Shown here piece by piece: positions 61,201-64,000 of a DNA stretch of 64,000 bases (positions are counted from its first letter, which is position 1; each line of letters starts with the position of its first letter). The notes beneath the pieces are model-generated. The model saw only the letters and a program-made list of their open reading frames with translations. It ran no database searches and was not told the origin of the DNA. Position numbers and translations under genes: made by a program. Source of the DNA: an uncultured Aliarcobacter sp. (GTDB lineage: Bacteria; Campylobacterota; Campylobacteria; Campylobacterales; Arcobacteraceae); the NCBI GenBank assembly GCA_963677435.1, contig OY781945.1, positions 3,058,899 through 3,122,898 on the forward strand, in the 5' to 3' direction.

Positions 61201-64000
61201 AATGCTGAGTTTCCTGTATCTACACCAACTGCAACTTTATAATCTTCCATTTTTCCTGAGAAGTATAAGGTATCATCTCCTTTTCCTCCATCAATCACTG
61301 TATTTATATTAAAGTTTACATTACTTTGCGAAGATAATTTAATGCTATCATTTCCATCAGATAAATCTATTTTAGTATCTTGTACATTTCCATTAATTTG
61401 AACTTTATCATTTCCAGCACCCATAAAAATTGTATTTCCATCTGAGTTATTTCCAACAATTAAAGTATCATTTCCATTGCCTGTAGAAATATTACTTTGA
61501 TTTAAAGATTCTTTAATACTAATTGTATTGTTACCATTCCCTAAATTAACTTGTGTTCCATTTGCTCCTTGGTTAACAATAAATGTATCATTTCCAGCAC
61601 CAGCTTGAGTTGTACCTTGATTTAAACTTCCGCCAATTGTAAGGCTATTATTACCCTCACCAAGTTGAACATTATTTCCATTTGAACCTTGGTTAATGAT
61701 AACTTTATCATCACCTGCACCAGTGTTAATATTTTTATTATTTGCACTTTGGAATTCTAATGTATCGTTACCTTTATCAGTTGTTATATTTGTAGCATTT
61801 GCATTTTGATAATCTTTAACTATATCATTAGTTCCACTATATACTAAATCTTGATCTAAATTCTCATATTTTCTTGAACCTTGTGTTGAAGCAGTTAATA
61901 AATCTAAATCATTAAAGTCTGAATTTGTTTGATTTGAAGATCCAGTAGAACTTCCATCATCACTTGATGTTATTTTTGTAACACTAATACTCGCTGTTGG
62001 TTTATCTGCTACGGCTACAATATTAATTTCTGTATTGTATGATGAACTCCACAATGCACCATCGCTTATTTTAAATGAGAAGCCACTATCTGCATCTGAA
62101 TTTTCTGTTGGTTTGAAAACTAATTTGCCAGATTCAATATCACTTTTACTTATTTCTTGACCAGCAATAACTGCAACACCTGCGAATAATAAGATACCAT
62201 TTGTAGGTAGTGTTTCTATTTTAACTTTTGTGAAATCTGTACTATTATCACCAAAGTCAGTTAATGTTAATGTATGATTATTATCTTCTAATATTTCTAT
62301 TGAGTCATCTGAAGATGTTGGTAATTTATTAACACCAATCGTTATTGAACCATCAACTCCATCACCATCAGCATCAACAACTTTGAAAGAAATATCTAAT
62401 GTTTCTTTTGTTCCATCACCAATTAAAAAATCTTTATATTGATAGAATTCCCATTTCCCTGTACTTGGAGTTAATTGAACTTGGAAAACTAATTCACCAT
62501 TTGAATCTTTTGCAATTATTGAAGTAGCTGTTGTTGTAACAGTTACAGCACTTCCATCTGTTAAAGTAAGATTATCTTTAACATCTGTAAATCCTAAACT
62601 TCCTGCTCCATCTGCACCATATCCATATGAAATTGTACCTTCACCGTAAGAGGTAGCTTGAGGAGCTGTTGTTCCTAAGAATTCAACACCTGTAACTGCA
62701 AAATCACTATTATCTTTTATATTAAATGTGTTTCCATTATCAGTTGCTTTTATAATGATTGTATCAAAACCTCCATCTAATACTTCAAAATTAGCAGCAT
62801 AATTCCCACTTGATGCGTTTGAACTAAATGTTTGAGTAGAAACTAAAACACCATCTCTATAAAACTCTGCAACACCAACTTCTAATTCACCACCATACAT
62901 ATATGCAAAATTTATTTTAGCACCATAAGATATTTTTCCATCTTCTAATTTAATAATTAATTCTTCAGATGAACCTTCTCCATTAGCTGTTTTTCTATAA
63001 TCAACTTCATTAGAAACATTATGATAAGGTGAAGAAGAACTAGCAACTCCTAAACCACCTGAACTTTGGCTTAATGATGCATCTACTAAATCTAAATCAG
63101 TGCTACTTGTAAATCCTTTTCCAGTAACTAAAACTGCACCACCTGCAAATGAATAAGATGAATGAGTTCCACCATTTCCTGCAAAATTTACATTACCTGT
63201 AAATATATCTGGAATAGTAGTAGATTGTGTCCATACGATAGTTGAATCTTCAACAGTTGGCATGTCATCTTCAATATTAATTGTTAATTTTGTATCTGTT
63301 TGGAATGTACCATCTTTTACAGTTACATTAATATCAAAACTTACAACATCTTCAACGCTATTTTCTGGATGATCAATAGGTTTTAATAAGTCAACTGAAT
63401 ATTTTCCTGTTTCATCAATCGTAACTTTTATTGCATCTTCACCACTTACTTTACCAATTAATTCATTTTTATCAACATTTAATTCCCAAATTATCTCTTC
63501 TCCATGAGAAGATAAAGTAATTGATGGAATATTTAGTGTAAATTCTTTATTTGAAGAAAGATTCAAATTACTAATATTAATAGTTCCCTCAACACTTGTT
63601 TCATTTGTAGTATCAGTTGGTGTACCATCATTATCAGCAATTCCATGTGGCAACCCTTCTTCTGATACAGTTGCAGTTACAGGAGAAATTCCATTATCTG
63701 TGATTGCACTATTTGCTACATTACTAGTTGATGAAACTGCTACTGCTTCATAGTTAGAGTTTGTATCTGTTACTCCACTAATTGTTGCAACTAATGGTTC
63801 ACTTCCTTCTGCTAAATAATCATCTATTGCTGTTACTTTAAATGTTGCTGTACTTCCACCTGTTACATCTACACTTGATGGTAATGCGCTTGTATCTGCT
63901 CCACTTGCTGCTGCTCCTGTCCAATCTATTTGAACATTTACTTTATCACCTGCTGGTACTTCTACTGCGTTACCATCTTTATCTACTAATTTAACTGTAT
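58266..64000 (-). CDS. Giant T1SS-type repetitive adhesin (Ig/cadherin-like repeats, RTX-like repeats, VWA); 5' end outside window
   Basis: The frame stays open past 63653 to the window end (...YTVKLVDKDGNAVEV...AIDDYLAEGSE...VSEEGLPHG). MIDAS 'DVSGS'/'ISDGEAN', GxGND repeats, C-terminal 'LIIKGD..DKVDL...YNVY...LLID' secretion-type tail. Confidence 0.88.
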   Translation of the reverse strand, partial: TVKLVDKDGNAVEVPAGDKVNVQIDWTGAAASGADTSALPSSVDVTGGSTATFKVTAIDDYLAEGSEPLVATISGVTDTNSNYEAVAVSSTSNVANSAITDNGISPVTATVSEEGLPHGIADNDGTPTDTTNETSVEGTINISNLNLSSNKEFTLNIPSITLSSHGEEIIWELNVDKNELIGKVSGEDAIKVTIDETGKYSVDLLKPIDHPENSVEDVVSFDINVTVKDGTFQTDTKLTINIEDDMPTVEDSTIVWTQSTTIPDIFTGNVNFAGNGGTHSSYSFAGGAVLVTGKGFTSSTDLDLVDASLSQSSGGLGVASSSSPYHNVSNEVDYRKTANGEGSSEELIIKLEDGKISYGAKINFAYMYGGELEVGVAEFYRDGVLVSTQTFSSNASSGNYAANFEVLDGGFDTIIIKATDNGNTFNIKDNSDFAVTGVEFLGTTAPQATSYGEGTISYGYGADGAGSLGFTDVKDNLTLTDGSAVTVTTTATSIIAKDSNGELVFQVQLTPSTGKWEFYQYKDFLIGDGTKETLDISFKVVDADGDGVDGSITIGVNKLPTSSDDSIEILEDNNHTLTLTDFGDNSTDFTKVKIETLPTNGILLFAGVAVIAGQEISKSDIESGKLVFKPTENSDADSGFSFKISDGALWSSSYNTEINIVAVADKPTASISVTKITSSDDGSSTGSSNQTNSDFNDLDLLTASTQGSRKYENLDQDLVYSGTNDIVKDYQNANATNITTDKGNDTLEFQSANNKNINTGAGDDKVIINQGSNGNNVQLGEGNNSLTIGGSLNQGTTQAGAGNDTFIVNQGANGTQVNLGNGNNTISIKESLNQSNISTGNGNDTLIVGNNSDGNTIFMGAGNDKVQINGNVQDTKIDLSDGNDSIKLSSQSNVNFNINTVIDGGKGDDTLYFSGKMEDYKVAVGVDTGNSALISWAEFIEMNKNVEGYANKEFTIYEVDGNGALQGSKFVVKNIENVVFESSENSGTVKTTNDYKVDISAALKDLDGSETLTVTISNVPTGATLTSTAYTLVDNGDNTWSVTIPAGTKSISDSITMSVPKSNTENINLEITARATETNDNSNGLNFAEATASDAIPSTTDDKVITKEDTSKVLSLSDFGTYSNGNGDAISSIKINTLPTNGVLMFNGTAISAGVILNASDINSGKLVFIPNNNTDLDSSFTFQVSDSKDWSTTHTTSIEIIAVADKPTASINVEKHVQIIDKSNVTDTTHGYTVTAYNTSGNQTSISKVENTNHDGFGVSGASSGDSSEIGFDNKTKSSEKLKVSFEKDVTSVDVTFAWKHAGSNPETAQIKFYKDGVLVDTQTHSGGTDTVDGPFHFVAKDGVVFDEVVFSALGKEDDYLINKLSFTEVETNSNGQIIGEIYNVDINAALTDLDGSETLTVDITNVPKGATLSSDSYTLVDNGDNTWSVTIPAGTKSISDSIKMIVPESEVDNINLGITARATETNDNATGLNYSETIDTDALVYGMNETNTLTFGEVSTNLVLTLDVSGSMSFKVDNSSQTRLDIAKKSLIDTIKAYEANGHTEVNLTLFKVNAKNIGWMSADDAITYINSLTIDSNTYQLKANGVNINLTDGTGYADALTETMKVDFTGHTATQTVGYFISDGEANAAVDKIDQDSDTTIINWKNYVDKNIDTLNVIGISKDISAKYLNVIQVQDGDNVILVQKETTLGDVLSGTVHSTILGDVTDNIIGGDGHTKIDSIVIDGKEYTKDTMPSDGVAIDGDGKLTFDFTTGKYSYSGKSSEFDNDTTKSFSVNASDEDGDKATFSVNLKIDISPNASVNTLNISGEDIDLTSIISSHKNTDVINLENSKIDKISVDLNDVLVQEDHQLIIKGDLHDKVDLDTPSDWSSVGKEQHDGINYNVYTGTGTNSTVKLLIDDDIDVTPVI
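59590..61020 (-). repeat. Duplicated Ig-like module within the adhesin (~59590-59850 and ~60760-61020)
   Basis: Both copies encode 'DLDGSETLTV...YTLVDNGDNTWSVTIPAGTKSISDSI...ITARATETNDN' and share an identical DNA stretch of about 50 bp. Confidence 0.85.

Noticed and set aside
61260..61790. Periodic repeats as a CRISPR array or tandem DNA repeat
   Set aside because: They are degenerate protein-level GxGND repeats inside an open frame, with no identical repeat-spacer structure.

Overview
A very AT-rich bacterial chromosomal window. Gene content and protein style point to Campylobacterota, most likely Arcobacteraceae; this is inferred from the HQWRQPL-type histidine kinases, the flagellar gene order and the glnD/amt/P-II set. 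In order, it contains: housekeeping genes (ruvX partial, acpS, ABC permease, panC, rimO, tilS); a flagellar cluster (fliS, fliD, flgK, flgH, fliL, MotE-like, FliJ-like, fliQ, an acidic ChePep-like protein, flgI, fliM); pyrC; a nitrogen-control cluster (two amt/P-II pairs, an ankyrin protein, a sensor-like membrane protein, a histidine kinase, a receiver-less degenerate NtrC-like regulator, glnD); a binding-protein/kinase pair; a MerR-led phospholipid operon ending in aas; SulP and DctA transporters; an expanded arsenic-resistance operon; cidA/lrgB; a diguanylate cyclase; a tautomerase; a TonB-dependent receptor; tkt; and the 3' part of a giant T1SS-type VWA adhesin that runs off the window. 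The best find is a 17-bp palindromic box, TGYNTA-N5-TATACA. Its centre lies 39-40 bp upstream of a TATAAT -10 element at four promoters of the nitrogen cluster. One of these promoters serves the receiver-less, GAFTGA-less NtrC-like gene coupled to glnD, which suggests a sigma70-type nitrogen regulon. I recognised no rRNA, tRNA, CRISPR array or mobile element.
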